Shown here: piece after piece, positions 19,701-27,985 of the stretch | Position numbering within the stretch: the stretch's first letter is position 1 | Layout of the letters: the number at the start of each line of letters is the position of its first letter | Virus record (IMG/VR): IMGVR_UViG_3300044983_000039 | Coordinates: 1-41,481 of that record | DNA from: a virus | Taxonomy: Duplodnaviria > Caudoviricetes | Length of the DNA stretch: 41,481 bases | Reading direction: 5' to 3' (one strand) | Position numbers and translations under genes: made by a program | Notes under the pieces: generated by a model | The model's database searches: none | Told to the model about the DNA's origin: nothing | Seen by the model: only the letters and a program-made list of their open reading frames with translations

Positions 19701-20001
19701 AATATCGGAAGCAAATCATCTTCATGCTATTTGGCTTTCTACCACTATTGCTCAATACAAAAGATCGTGGAAAAAAATTACAGGATCACTTTATGGTGAT
19801 GTGTTCATGCCTTTAGTGAACGTTCTTAAAGATTTAGATGATACAATTTATTTGCCCATAAGCCTTACCTTTGATGACAAGAATAATAGTTATAACGGGG
19901 AGTTTTTGGAGCTTACGGACATTAATTCAAGCTCAGGAGTAACACAGCCTTTTAGTGGAGGATTTAGTCAAACGGCATTTGGAAGCGGATTTAATATTTA
20001 A
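16780..20001 (+). CDS. Large tail tip protein with accessory modules
   Basis: Follows tape measure; 1073 aa beta-rich; LQWSGFV.P..YSE, ATDGL..L. Confidence 0.75.
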   Translation: MSAIRLFRIAFYDNSPYGGYIAEDVVDIYYDPSTDADVNNLYTGLSVYLNGSLITSGNDIIPGIPAVFTQNNYTPLICKDGFSVFGLRQFSFPYVKKSIFNDPNSCQIGGGVCNLAFSPNITLTNPSSSSSIDGVIVVLATSNNPIKYKIGSDFDYNDGTGQSSGTFTSLITGSYRIYARDSQNCSANILVNLPFDTTYGVKYTIDYLNLAGHRSKIDILEKGYGGASSYIIMDGTPFTLDLRGEGVLDKFQPILASQANIYISSQTDLQFSELFTNDASKYKVNFYKDTSGGTSYTLQWSGFVVPQIYSEQYSNTPYVVTVQATDGLPNLGKVAFLHDDGNKFIGTIRAMSLLALALQKTNINLSIRCGCNLFANTMASTSSDDPLDQAYVDVDTYYLINDTPTWADVINAILKSFRARLVQGNGFWNIFRPEEMISSFNYREFDYTGNYLSNSSYNPVTEIKSAVSSNRLRWSEQNQNLEIRPGYGKLRVKYHLGYKSNILRNGDFGLISTFNSLSNGYNYSINLYGWQITSPTYPMTNSYSINTPSDINDISLILSGALGDVTKPYGYIQSDNYMLAMGSVNQIKFSINVKCPAPYVYGLAVDGSGNTVVIATTIKIPYQKIRARIYYGAKYLQNDGTWTNIPTDLIFYCTQFDQFVDFSIQANWPDPTYTIAKQFYVRVYHSTENDYDFTTSGQLKAKITNSNYGTHSARGNYDASTGVFPSSGGSGGAGAIVAGDRWTVNVQGSIYGVLCIVSTKITCINSTPGQDPENWLIGDLTIPTGTRTEVYGLSGIAGIAYYEFQNNTSAESIPSIIRPNDYDVTNNPNQWVLITSTNTPSQRPSIDFYINKVQVQYLVNGTSPFDALITEITGETNNLLAVEDDIFHASLEELMDSITTSVLVTNLRNGSPNPLVRDNPLDLSLSGQFPSNTTIFPNILKVQLIQNVLAGDIIYAGYYRDSSGVGYTDWTRNGISEANHLHAIWLSTTIAQYKRSWKKITGSLYGDVFMPLVNVLKDLDDTIYLPISLTFDDKNNSYNGEFLELTDINSSSGVTQPFSGGFSQTAFGSGFNI

Positions 20002-20004
20002 GAT

Positions 20005-20814
20005 ATGTCAGTATTAACAAAATCACAATTCGATACAATCTATAATAGCTCTGGATCAGGAACTTTTTTAGATAACTCTACTCAGTCAATTGTAGAGGCT
20101 TCGATGAGGGCTTTCGCTAAGGATATAGAAGATTCTTTTTTTAATCTGTCTGATAATAAATATAGTGGAGCGGCAGGGGTTTACTTAAACATTACTGATA
20201 CTACAGGGCTTAAGGCTATAGTAACAGTAGGTGTAAGTGTTGGGTTCATTATTTTTTACAGAGACAGTTCAGGAAACTTAAATTCATATAAATTACTTGC
20301 TGGGACGGATGCTGAAAGTTTGCCTGATATTGTTAGACCGACAGACTATGCAGGTGGAACGAATGAAAAAGTTTGGAAGATTGCTAATTTTGTGTCTGGT
20401 TCAATAACAGGAACTTTTACAGTAAAGAAATCAATAACATCGGGACAAATATTAAGTGCTTATTCTTCTCCTATTGAACTTGTTGCTGCGCCAGGAGCTA
20501 ATAAGATTATAATTCCTATTAGTTGTATAACAAGAATGACTTATGGGACGACTCCTTATGCAACTAATGTGAATGCTCGTCTTGGATGGGATTCAGGAAC
20601 TTCAGGAACGGCAGTATTAGTACAATCTCTAGGATTAATAAATACCTCCGCCAATAATACATTATTCGTTCCTATAAATTCAAGTTCTTCGTATTCATCG
20701 CTTACGAGTTATGTAAATAAAAACTTTTGTTTCAGTATTGGTACTGGGAATCCAACAGCGGGGGATTCACCAATACAAGTGAGTTTAGTTTATACAATTA
20801 TAGATATTTCATAA
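20005..20814 (+). CDS. Virion structural protein / tail fibre component
   Basis: Ser/Thr/Gly rich; PIELVAAPGANKIIIP; shares a module with the 1073-aa protein. Confidence 0.6.
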   Translation: MSVLTKSQFDTIYNSSGSGTFLDNSTQSIVEASMRAFAKDIEDSFFNLSDNKYSGAAGVYLNITDTTGLKAIVTVGVSVGFIIFYRDSSGNLNSYKLLAGTDAESLPDIVRPTDYAGGTNEKVWKIANFVSGSITGTFTVKKSITSGQILSAYSSPIELVAAPGANKIIIPISCITRMTYGTTPYATNVNARLGWDSGTSGTAVLVQSLGLINTSANNTLFVPINSSSSYSSLTSYVNKNFCFSIGTGNPTAGDSPIQVSLVYTIIDIS

Positions 20815-21153
20815 ATGCTTTCAGGAAGGAACATAGGTAAAATGGATGTATTGCTCACAATAGAGCAGCAAACGAATACAAGAAATTCACGAAATGAAGA
20901 TGTGGCTTCGTGGAGCACATTTACTCAAATGTTTGGCGAAAGAATTTGGAATTCAGGAGGAGATAAATTTGAAGGCAAGCAAGAAACAAATTTGGATAAT
21001 GTAATCTTTAATTGTCGTTACAATGGAAACATAACTACAATGATGAGATTAAAACAGTCCACAGAATCGACATACTTTTATATTACTAATGTAAGAAGTT
21101 CGATCAGAGAAGGATTGACGATTATAAATGCAGAACGAAGAGATAACCAATAA
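20815..21153 (+). CDS. Head closure / head-tail joining protein (SPP1 gp16-like)
   Basis: IGKMD..LTIEQ.T.TRN..NE.V.SW.T...F.CRY...ITTMMR...FYI.NV pattern. Confidence 0.82.
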   Translation: MLSGRNIGKMDVLLTIEQQTNTRNSRNEDVASWSTFTQMFGERIWNSGGDKFEGKQETNLDNVIFNCRYNGNITTMMRLKQSTESTYFYITNVRSSIREGLTIINAERRDNQ

Positions 21154-21165
21154 AAAATAAATTTT

Positions 21166-21453
21166 ATGGCAACACAAACAATGACAGTAAACCCACAAAA
21201 AATAACTGTACCAGCAAATACAAATGATAATGATTTGAACATTGATGCTTTCATAAGTAATCAGGGTACAATTTTAATAGAAAATATTTCAGGCCCAATA
21301 AGATTCAATAATGAAGGCACAACAGATGGGACAATTTCTGGAGTTTATACAACAACTGATAAATTAATATTAGATGCTCAAAAAGGACAGACACTACATT
21401 TTAGAGGGGCAGCAGGATCTGAAACTTTTCAAATAACTGTTTTGAATCAATGA
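21166..21453 (+). CDS. Small beta-rich virion protein
   Basis: 95 aa, Thr/Asn rich, in the tail region. Confidence 0.55.
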   Translation: MATQTMTVNPQKITVPANTNDNDLNIDAFISNQGTILIENISGPIRFNNEGTTDGTISGVYTTTDKLILDAQKGQTLHFRGAAGSETFQITVLNQ

Positions 21454-23792
21454 ATAAGGCAAAAATAAATTGGTGGATGGGAAGCGGAGGATCGGCTCCT
21501 GTATCTCAAGTTTCTCCTGATCTTTTTGAAACTGTTGGTGTGCCCACAGATCTTGTAGTTCCTACTTATGACGCTAACGCAAATACAACACATCCAGATA
21601 TAATTTATCGTCCATTAGGATGGAATGGTTATAAATGGTGGATGATCCATACTCCTTACCCAGCAGAGGCAAGAGAAAATCCTTCGATAGAAGTAAGTAA
21701 TGATGCTGATACGGAAACAGGAAATACATGGATTGATCCACCTGGATTGGTTGGGGGTAATCCTATTGTTCCGAATGTTGGTGGGATTTCACCTTATAAT
21801 TCCGATGTTGATTTAGAGGATCGTATTGATGATGAAGGTAAAATTATTTGTATATATCGTTGGTCGGATAGCACCACTACAAAATTTTACTCTATTGAAA
21901 CATCAAATGGAATAAATTGGGGCAATACTACACTATTTTTAAGCGTTCCTGATGCTGGGGCAAGTCCTACAATAGTTTATCGAAATGGAGTTGTAAGACT
22001 TTGGTATGTTGATGTTCGTGGAGGAAATGATGTCCAATATGGAGTTAGATTCAGACAAGCAAGCGGAGCAACTTTGTTGGCAGCATTAGCAGGATTACAG
22101 GCAGCAGCAGAGCAAACTTGTACAATATCAGTACCCGCAACATATCACAACTGGCATTTGAAAGTACGTTATGATGATACGTATAGTCAATACGTAATGT
22201 GCATGTGTTTTACATTAGCGCATCTTGCCGCCCCTAATGATTCTGGAATTCTTAGTATGGGTACTTCATTAGATGGACTAACATGGACAATGCGAACAAC
22301 TCAATTCGTAATGGGTGAAGGGGCCGCTTATAGAAGTACTTTTGTGAGAGATAATTACGCCGTGAATAACGGTGCTGCTTATACATTCTATCACACCTAT
22401 AAATGGAGAATAAGGAAATCACTTATTTGGGCAAAAACTGCCAGTCCACCAGCGCAGGTATTTGATGGAATCACAACTATTGGAAGTTACTATGGATTAT
22501 TTACTAGACTGTCAAATTGGTATGGACTACCAACATGCAGGGTTAAGAGAGCAAGCGACAGTATAGAGCGTGATATTTTTTGTAGCGGATTTGTTCTATC
22601 ATTATCCGATGGAACAACATTAACATCTTGGCTTAATGCTACTACTGGAACTGTAACTAGGCTCTATAATCAAAAGGGAGGCGGAGATTATTTAGCATTT
22701 AATGGGGCCGCTCCTGCAATAGAAAGTCATAGTGACATTTGGGATAGTACGACTAGATGGACTATGAATTTTAATGGTAGTTCTACAGTTCTTCAATCTT
22801 ATTTAGGCCTTCAAACTACTGCAGGTTATACAGTACCAATTTCTTTGCAATCTGGAAGATTTGTAACGACTAAAGACGGTATATATTTCGGCCTTAACGG
22901 AAGTAATATTACTCTTTTGGATGGAGCCAATATTGCAGCGCTTCACATAGATTTTCCTCAGATTTATACAGGTATCTATGGAGCAAGTAGTTCTGCTTAC
23001 ATTAAGAGAAATAGTACAACTTTAATAACTGGTAGCACAACGGTTCCAACAGTCGGAACACAAATACCGGCAATTGGTGCAGGATGGACTGGCGCAGCTT
23101 ATGCCAACTTTTTTGGAGGCAAATTTTCAGAGATATGTGTTTGGAATGCACAGCCAAGCGCACCAAATCTAGCTACGGTAGAAAATCAATATGCAACAGA
23201 TTATCCGTATTCAAATAAAGTAATTTTATACGACTCATACACGGATACAAATGGGGTTTTAATAACTGCGCATAATGCAGATACAAGACCGGGTAGTAAT
23301 GCCTATACTGCAAACGATGCACTGTGGCAAATTCAAAGCAATAAACTTACTCGTATCAGTGCTGGAAGCGCCAGCCCGATACCGATGTGTCACATCGATA
23401 CTGGAGTAACTGACGGTTATACAGAAGGCATATTAAATCCAAGCGGTACAGGTGGATCAGGATTGATTTTCAAATATGTTGATGATAATAATTTGTGTTA
23501 TATCAGATTATTAAATAACGTAACATTAGGCGTAATAAGATATGTAGCCGGAGCATTACAAACGCCAGCTTCGGCAACCATATCAGCGCCCGGTAAGCCC
23601 TTTACATTAAGAGTAGAACAGGTAGGAACATCTATAAAAATATTTGTTAATCCCTCTAGTGTTCCCGGGTCTGGAACTCCTGATCTATCTTATACTGAGT
23701 CTAATTTCGGATCAGCAACAGCGAGGGGTTGGGCATGCGCTACGTCTGAGCCGGCTAGTACGTTTGAAGATTTAAGGTTTACGAAATGGTAA
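21450..23792 (+). CDS. Receptor-binding/tailspike-like protein: glycoside-hydrolase-like propeller plus lectin/ConA-like domains
   Basis: THPDI..GWNGYKWWM.HTPYP..ENPSI..SND, YNSDVDL; RVKRASD..ERDI...VTRLYNQ; C-terminal beta-sandwich. Confidence 0.65.
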   Translation: MNKAKINWWMGSGGSAPVSQVSPDLFETVGVPTDLVVPTYDANANTTHPDIIYRPLGWNGYKWWMIHTPYPAEARENPSIEVSNDADTETGNTWIDPPGLVGGNPIVPNVGGISPYNSDVDLEDRIDDEGKIICIYRWSDSTTTKFYSIETSNGINWGNTTLFLSVPDAGASPTIVYRNGVVRLWYVDVRGGNDVQYGVRFRQASGATLLAALAGLQAAAEQTCTISVPATYHNWHLKVRYDDTYSQYVMCMCFTLAHLAAPNDSGILSMGTSLDGLTWTMRTTQFVMGEGAAYRSTFVRDNYAVNNGAAYTFYHTYKWRIRKSLIWAKTASPPAQVFDGITTIGSYYGLFTRLSNWYGLPTCRVKRASDSIERDIFCSGFVLSLSDGTTLTSWLNATTGTVTRLYNQKGGGDYLAFNGAAPAIESHSDIWDSTTRWTMNFNGSSTVLQSYLGLQTTAGYTVPISLQSGRFVTTKDGIYFGLNGSNITLLDGANIAALHIDFPQIYTGIYGASSSAYIKRNSTTLITGSTTVPTVGTQIPAIGAGWTGAAYANFFGGKFSEICVWNAQPSAPNLATVENQYATDYPYSNKVILYDSYTDTNGVLITAHNADTRPGSNAYTANDALWQIQSNKLTRISAGSASPIPMCHIDTGVTDGYTEGILNPSGTGGSGLIFKYVDDNNLCYIRLLNNVTLGVIRYVAGALQTPASATISAPGKPFTLRVEQVGTSIKIFVNPSSVPGSGTPDLSYTESNFGSATARGWACATSEPASTFEDLRFTKW

Positions 23793-23858
23793 AATTGTAG
23801 AAGTTAAAAATTAGAATTATGAAACCAGGATATTACGTAATCAAACATTTATAAAATT

Positions 23859-24101
23859 ATGGCAAAAGAAAAAGTAGAATCTTATTCACCAATCTACTCC
23901 CATAAGCCATCCGATAGAGTTTTGGAATGGCTTGAGAAGATGAGCGGAAGGGGAAGCGTTATTTACATCGATGAATCCGATGTTAATATTCAATCCTCTA
24001 AGCCATCAAAAGAGTTGTTTAATTTCTTGGAAAGTTTGGATGAGTTCAATCTTCAATCAGGAACACCGCCTCCTCCACCGCCTCCAACAGGTCACCCATG
24101 A
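23859..24101 (+). CDS. Small protein with internal repeat and poly-Pro C-terminus
   Basis: KPS..LE..N.QS twice, ends GTPPPPPPPTGHP. Confidence 0.65.
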   Translation: MAKEKVESYSPIYSHKPSDRVLEWLEKMSGRGSVIYIDESDVNIQSSKPSKELFNFLESLDEFNLQSGTPPPPPPPTGHP

Positions 24102-24502
24102 GACTTTACTATACTTTCCTGAGTATTTTTATATTTAGGGCGGTATGGCAGTTTTTTCCGACTAAGGGAGATCCGAGTAGTTGGTTCCTATTGTTTCACC
24201 AAGAGTTAACTACTCAATGGTGGTTTTGGAGGTTGTTAGTTTTGGCAATTGAAATGACTTTGTTTTTCTGTATGCTGGAAATTATCCGTAACCCGAGCGA
24301 ACGAAATGTTAAAATGATTCAAACGCTTATTTTAATACAGCTATGGTACATTGTCGAGTACTTGTTTCACTACACTTCAGTGTGGATTTCTTATCATGAT
24401 CTTTTAACATGGGGATTTAAGTTAGGGCCAGATGATAGATATAGCGGATTTTCTAGTCACATAGTAACGATGATTATTTTTGCTTGGAGATGTTATGGTT
24501 AG
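24098..24502 (+). CDS. Multi-pass membrane protein
   Basis: About four hydrophobic, aromatic-rich segments; ATGA-coupled to the upstream gene. Confidence 0.65.
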   Translation: MRLYYTFLSIFIFRAVWQFFPTKGDPSSWFLLFHQELTTQWWFWRLLVLAIEMTLFFCMLEIIRNPSERNVKMIQTLILIQLWYIVEYLFHYTSVWISYHDLLTWGFKLGPDDRYSGFSSHIVTMIIFAWRCYG

Positions 24503-24725
24503 CGCGATACTTACGATATGTATATTTGCAGTAATGTTTCTAAGTACTATCGTAATTCGTCAAAGAGCAAGGATTAAAACATTAGAAGAAGAGAGGATGG
24601 AGAACAGGAAAGATTTAGCTCAATATGCTTATCTAAACAAGTCAGGAGAATATGAACTTGAAACAAAGAATGGAGCGATTACCGGATTGAAAGAAATTAT
24701 CAAATACCTTGAAGAAAATAACTAA
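24495..24725 (+). CDS. Membrane-anchored coiled-coil protein (lysis cassette)
   Basis: N-terminal TM then charged helix; ATG at 24495 preferred over TTG at 24480. Confidence 0.6.
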   Translation: MVSAILTICIFAVMFLSTIVIRQRARIKTLEEERMENRKDLAQYAYLNKSGEYELETKNGAITGLKEIIKYLEENN

Positions 24726-24728
24726 TGG

Positions 24729-24941
24729 ATGAACAAGGAAGAAGAGGCAGAGTTAAAAAGAAGAGTAGATATTCTTTGGAGGGGCATGTATGGCGATGAC
24801 GAAAACGAAAAAACCGGAGTCGTTGATGACGTTAAAGAATTCAAGGGATACAAGAAATATTTTTATATGGCAATGGGAGCACTTTTCACCATTCAGATGG
24901 TATATTGGATCATTAAGGAGTTACATATCAAAATCTTTTAA
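24729..24941 (+). CDS. Small protein with C-terminal TM, holin-like
   Basis: Charged N-terminus with LWRGMYG, single C-terminal TM, in the lysis region. Confidence 0.5.
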   Translation: MNKEEEAELKRRVDILWRGMYGDDENEKTGVVDDVKEFKGYKKYFYMAMGALFTIQMVYWIIKELHIKIF

Positions 24942-24942
24942 A

Positions 24943-25308
24943 ATGATAATTCTTCTAGTGGAGGATGATTTGGATAGAATGAAAGAGCTTAAAAGATGCT
25001 TTGAAAGTAAGTCTGTAAAAGTCATTACTGCTAGTAGCGGATCAGAAGCAAGGCTGATTTTAAAGAGACAAAGTTTTGACAGGATTTTTTCTGATATAAA
25101 CATGCCTTTTGGAAGTGGTTATGCACTGATAGAGAATATTCTAAAAGATGGCACTAAGGGATCGACACCATTTTTCATGTACTCTTCCAAGCTTGCATCT
25201 GATGAAGATGTTGAATTTGCTATGGATGCAGGAGTGGATAGATACATTCGAGGAACAAAGCCAGAGGAAATAGTTAATGAAGGAATGTCTTATTTAAAAG
25301 CAGGATAA
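24943..25308 (+). CDS. Stand-alone CheY-like response regulator receiver domain
   Basis: ILLVEDD, IFSDINMP..SG, MYSS, AGVDRYI..KP; start reassigned to the ATG at 24943. Confidence 0.88.
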   Translation: MIILLVEDDLDRMKELKRCFESKSVKVITASSGSEARLILKRQSFDRIFSDINMPFGSGYALIENILKDGTKGSTPFFMYSSKLASDEDVEFAMDAGVDRYIRGTKPEEIVNEGMSYLKAG

Positions 25309-25772
25309 TGAACACGCGAGAATTAATCATCGACATAGCCACAAAAGAGATCACAACAAAAGAAGATCCAGCTAATTCTAACATGCAAAAATATGGTCTT
25401 TGGTACGGAATGAACGGGGTGCCTTGGTGTGCAATATTTGTTAGCTGGGTTTACGATCAAGCCAAACAGCCACTTCCGAACATCAATGGCATTCATGGGT
25501 ATCATTACGTGCCTTCGATTTATGTATATGCTAAGAAAAACAATCTCATAACGTTCGATCCTGAACCAGGGGACATATCTATTTATGATTGGGATGGAGA
25601 TAAATTAGCCGATCATACCGGTATTTTCAAACGCTGGATAAACGAAAGTAAGACCATGTTTGAGGCGATTGAGGGAAACACATCGCATTCAAATGCAAGC
25701 AATGGAGGGGAAGTAATGCTCATGAGTCGGGGTATTAATCATGTACAAGCATTTATAAAAATTCTCAAATGA
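25308..25772 (+). CDS. Endolysin, CHAP domain
   Basis: PWCAIFVSW (Cys), PEPGDI, DHTG (His), IEGNT. Confidence 0.92.
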   Translation: MNTRELIIDIATKEITTKEDPANSNMQKYGLWYGMNGVPWCAIFVSWVYDQAKQPLPNINGIHGYHYVPSIYVYAKKNNLITFDPEPGDISIYDWDGDKLADHTGIFKRWINESKTMFEAIEGNTSHSNASNGGEVMLMSRGINHVQAFIKILK

Positions 25773-26128
25773 ACCTGATAATCTGGATAGCCTTTATAGG
25801 AATAGCGGTATTTTACAATTGGCTGCTCATCGAAAAAAAGCATGTTAGCCCCTGGCATCCGCTTAATGCCGCGATAACAATAATTTTTGCGGTTGTATTC
25901 GCTTATTACGACCCGCGCCCGAATTGGTTTGTTATCCCATGTGCGCTATCTACCTATTGGTTCCTATTCGATACTGGATTGAGTATAGCTAGAGGAAAAG
26001 TTATCTGGTATCTCGGGCAAGGAAGTGTTATCGATCGGTTAAGCCAGAAAGCCCCGCTTCAGGTAGTTTGGATATTGAAAGGAATTTTGGCGCTGGGATT
26101 CATTGGATGTTACTATTTAAATTTTTAA
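25769..26128 (+). CDS. Multi-pass membrane protein (lysis cassette)
   Basis: About four TM segments; YWFLFD..L...RG..WYLG..S.ID. Confidence 0.6.
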   Translation: MNLIIWIAFIGIAVFYNWLLIEKKHVSPWHPLNAAITIIFAVVFAYYDPRPNWFVIPCALSTYWFLFDTGLSIARGKVIWYLGQGSVIDRLSQKAPLQVVWILKGILALGFIGCYYLNF

Positions 26129-26131
26129 GAT

Positions 26132-26629
26132 ATGCCATTTTCATTAGCAGGATTATTCAAAGGTGGAATTAAAGATGTTGTCGATTCAGTCGGCAAAGTA
26201 CTGGACAATGTAATAACCACTAAAGACGAATTAGAGGCAGCCAAATTAAAGATAGCCGAAGAGATCAACCGGAACTTTGAAACCCTACAGGCGCAAGCTA
26301 ATGAGATGGATAAGGCGTATTTGGAGAGTATTAAATCTGCCCAAGATATGAATGTTAAAATCCAAGAAACTGCTAATGCTTCTTGGATGAGCAAAAACAT
26401 AGCCTACATAATTGATATTTTCGTCACGGCCCTTTGGGGTGGGCTCACAGCCTATTTAATGATGATCATGCTAAATCTAGTCAAGAAAGATGTGAACGTT
26501 GATTATACGGCAGTTACAGCAGTCTGGGGAGCTGTCACCGGTGTATTTACCCAAGTGCTTTCATTCCATAGAGGTAGCTCGCGAGGATCAGAGGATAAGC
26601 AAAAGACCATCGATCGATTAACTAAATAG
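26132..26629 (+). CDS. Holin-like protein (3TM holin/DUF3154-like)
   Basis: VLDNVITTKDE, coiled coil, SWMSKN, two TMs, FHRGSSRGS..K. Confidence 0.75.
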   Translation: MPFSLAGLFKGGIKDVVDSVGKVLDNVITTKDELEAAKLKIAEEINRNFETLQAQANEMDKAYLESIKSAQDMNVKIQETANASWMSKNIAYIIDIFVTALWGGLTAYLMMIMLNLVKKDVNVDYTAVTAVWGAVTGVFTQVLSFHRGSSRGSEDKQKTIDRLTK

Positions 26630-27334
26630 TTATTGTTCTTCTTCCTTGGGGCTTAATTTGCCATCCAATTGAGCGTATTGTTTTTGAAGTTCTTCATACT
26701 GATCGCCCAAAACTTTTAATCTTGCTTCTACATGAATTGGTATCTTTGCATCTAATTCGCTAAGGCATTTGAGGACTTCGGTTTTATTATCGATTACCTT
26801 ATGGAGAATTTCGTTTTCATTCTCAAGTTTTTTAATTTCCGAGGATTTTTTAAATGCTTCTATTTTGAACCATTCATAATCTTTCTTGAGCGATTCAATC
26901 ACTTCTTGTGAAGCAGCTAATTTGCTTTCGAGTTCTTTGATTAATTTATTCTTCTCAAGGTGTAAAAATTGTTGTTCCTTTAGTCGTTCTCTAAGCGATT
27001 CAATCTCGCTCTGTGAGTCTTTCGATGCCAAGAACTGATTTAGAAATGGATCATAAGTATATGACATTATAGCCTCAGCAATTTCTTTATGCATCATTCC
27101 TTTATCGCGCAAAATTCTATCAACGTGTGAATGTAGGTTCCCCATTATAAATGGTAATGGGTTGTTTATTTTTATAGAAATATTCGGCTCTTTCTTCACC
27201 TCTTCACTTCTCTCAACTTCCTCTTTAGGTGATGATTTAGCTTGTAACCATCCTAAACGGAAAGCGTGAGGATTAACACCGCCTGAATGTTGAAGTTGGT
27301 AATTAACCTCTTCCCATGATTTAAGTTCTTTCAT
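26630..27334 (-). CDS. Hypothetical coiled-coil protein
   Basis: 234-aa ORF, last gene of the - arm. Confidence 0.7.
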   Translation of the reverse strand: MKELKSWEEVNYQLQHSGGVNPHAFRLGWLQAKSSPKEEVERSEEVKKEPNISIKINNPLPFIMGNLHSHVDRILRDKGMMHKEIAEAIMSYTYDPFLNQFLASKDSQSEIESLRERLKEQQFLHLEKNKLIKELESKLAASQEVIESLKKDYEWFKIEAFKKSSEIKKLENENEILHKVIDNKTEVLKCLSELDAKIPIHVEARLKVLGDQYEELQKQYAQLDGKLSPKEEEQ

Positions 27335-27335
27335 A

Positions 27336-27515
27336 TTATCTCTCTTGATGGTGATTAATAGTTATTGGACGACCAGTTAATTTACAATGTTTAATTTTAT
27401 TGTTTTTGTATCTAGCCCATTTTAATGCAACTTCCCTTACAAGTGATCCTTTAGTAAATAAAGAAGCGTCTTGCCTGCCAAATTTTTCTTCCAGCCATTT
27501 ATCAAATGTTTTCAT
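27336..27515 (-). CDS. Hypothetical protein (59 aa), not in ORF track
   Basis: MKTFDKWLEEKFGRQDASLF...; fills the gap between neighbours. Confidence 0.55.
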   Translation of the reverse strand: MKTFDKWLEEKFGRQDASLFTKGSLVREVALKWARYKNNKIKHCKLTGRPITINHHQER

Positions 27516-27522
27516 GTTTGTC

Positions 27523-27720
27523 TTAAATTTTATATTTTGATTTTAGGTAGTCTAAAAGTTCTTTATCAAATTCCTCCGGCAATACTGCTCTTGACATCCA
27601 TCCTTTATCAAACGCATCTTTTATTTCCTCAAGGAAGAACTTGGAAACTTCTTTCGCTATTTCTTTAGATGAAATCCAAGGAGATATCAAATCAAAAATC
27701 TGTTTTTCTAGTTCATTCAT
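27523..27720 (-). CDS. Hypothetical protein
   Basis: 65 aa, EIKDAFDKGW motif, coupled to the upstream gene. Confidence 0.65.
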   Translation of the reverse strand: MNELEKQIFDLISPWISSKEIAKEVSKFFLEEIKDAFDKGWMSRAVLPEEFDKELLDYLKSKYKI

Positions 27721-27980
27721 AGTGGTTTTGTTTCGTTGATCCTAGATAAAAATTTATCGTGTATTCTTACTGCCAAATCGTAAGTTTCAAATTGAATTGT
27801 TTGTGGCTTCCACCCATCGCGAATTGATTTATATTCATCTCTATCTTTCTCCACGGCTTGTATAAGCGCTGCCTTGAAGTCGGAAATGCCTTCTGAATAA
27901 GCTAATGCGGGATTAACATATCCATGTCTTTTGTCGGATTCTTTGGCCCATGCGTGGGCAGCTTCTTCTTTATTGTTCAT
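27717..27980 (-). CDS. Hypothetical protein
   Basis: 87-aa ORF in operon. Confidence 0.65.
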   Translation of the reverse strand: MNNKEEAAHAWAKESDKRHGYVNPALAYSEGISDFKAALIQAVEKDRDEYKSIRDGWKPQTIQFETYDLAVRIHDKFLSRINETKPL

Positions 27981-27985
27981 AGGGA

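Noticed and set aside
24790-24942. 51-aa N-terminal extension of the receiver protein
   Set aside because: It overlaps the 24729..24941 gene; the receiver fold begins at the ATG at 24943.
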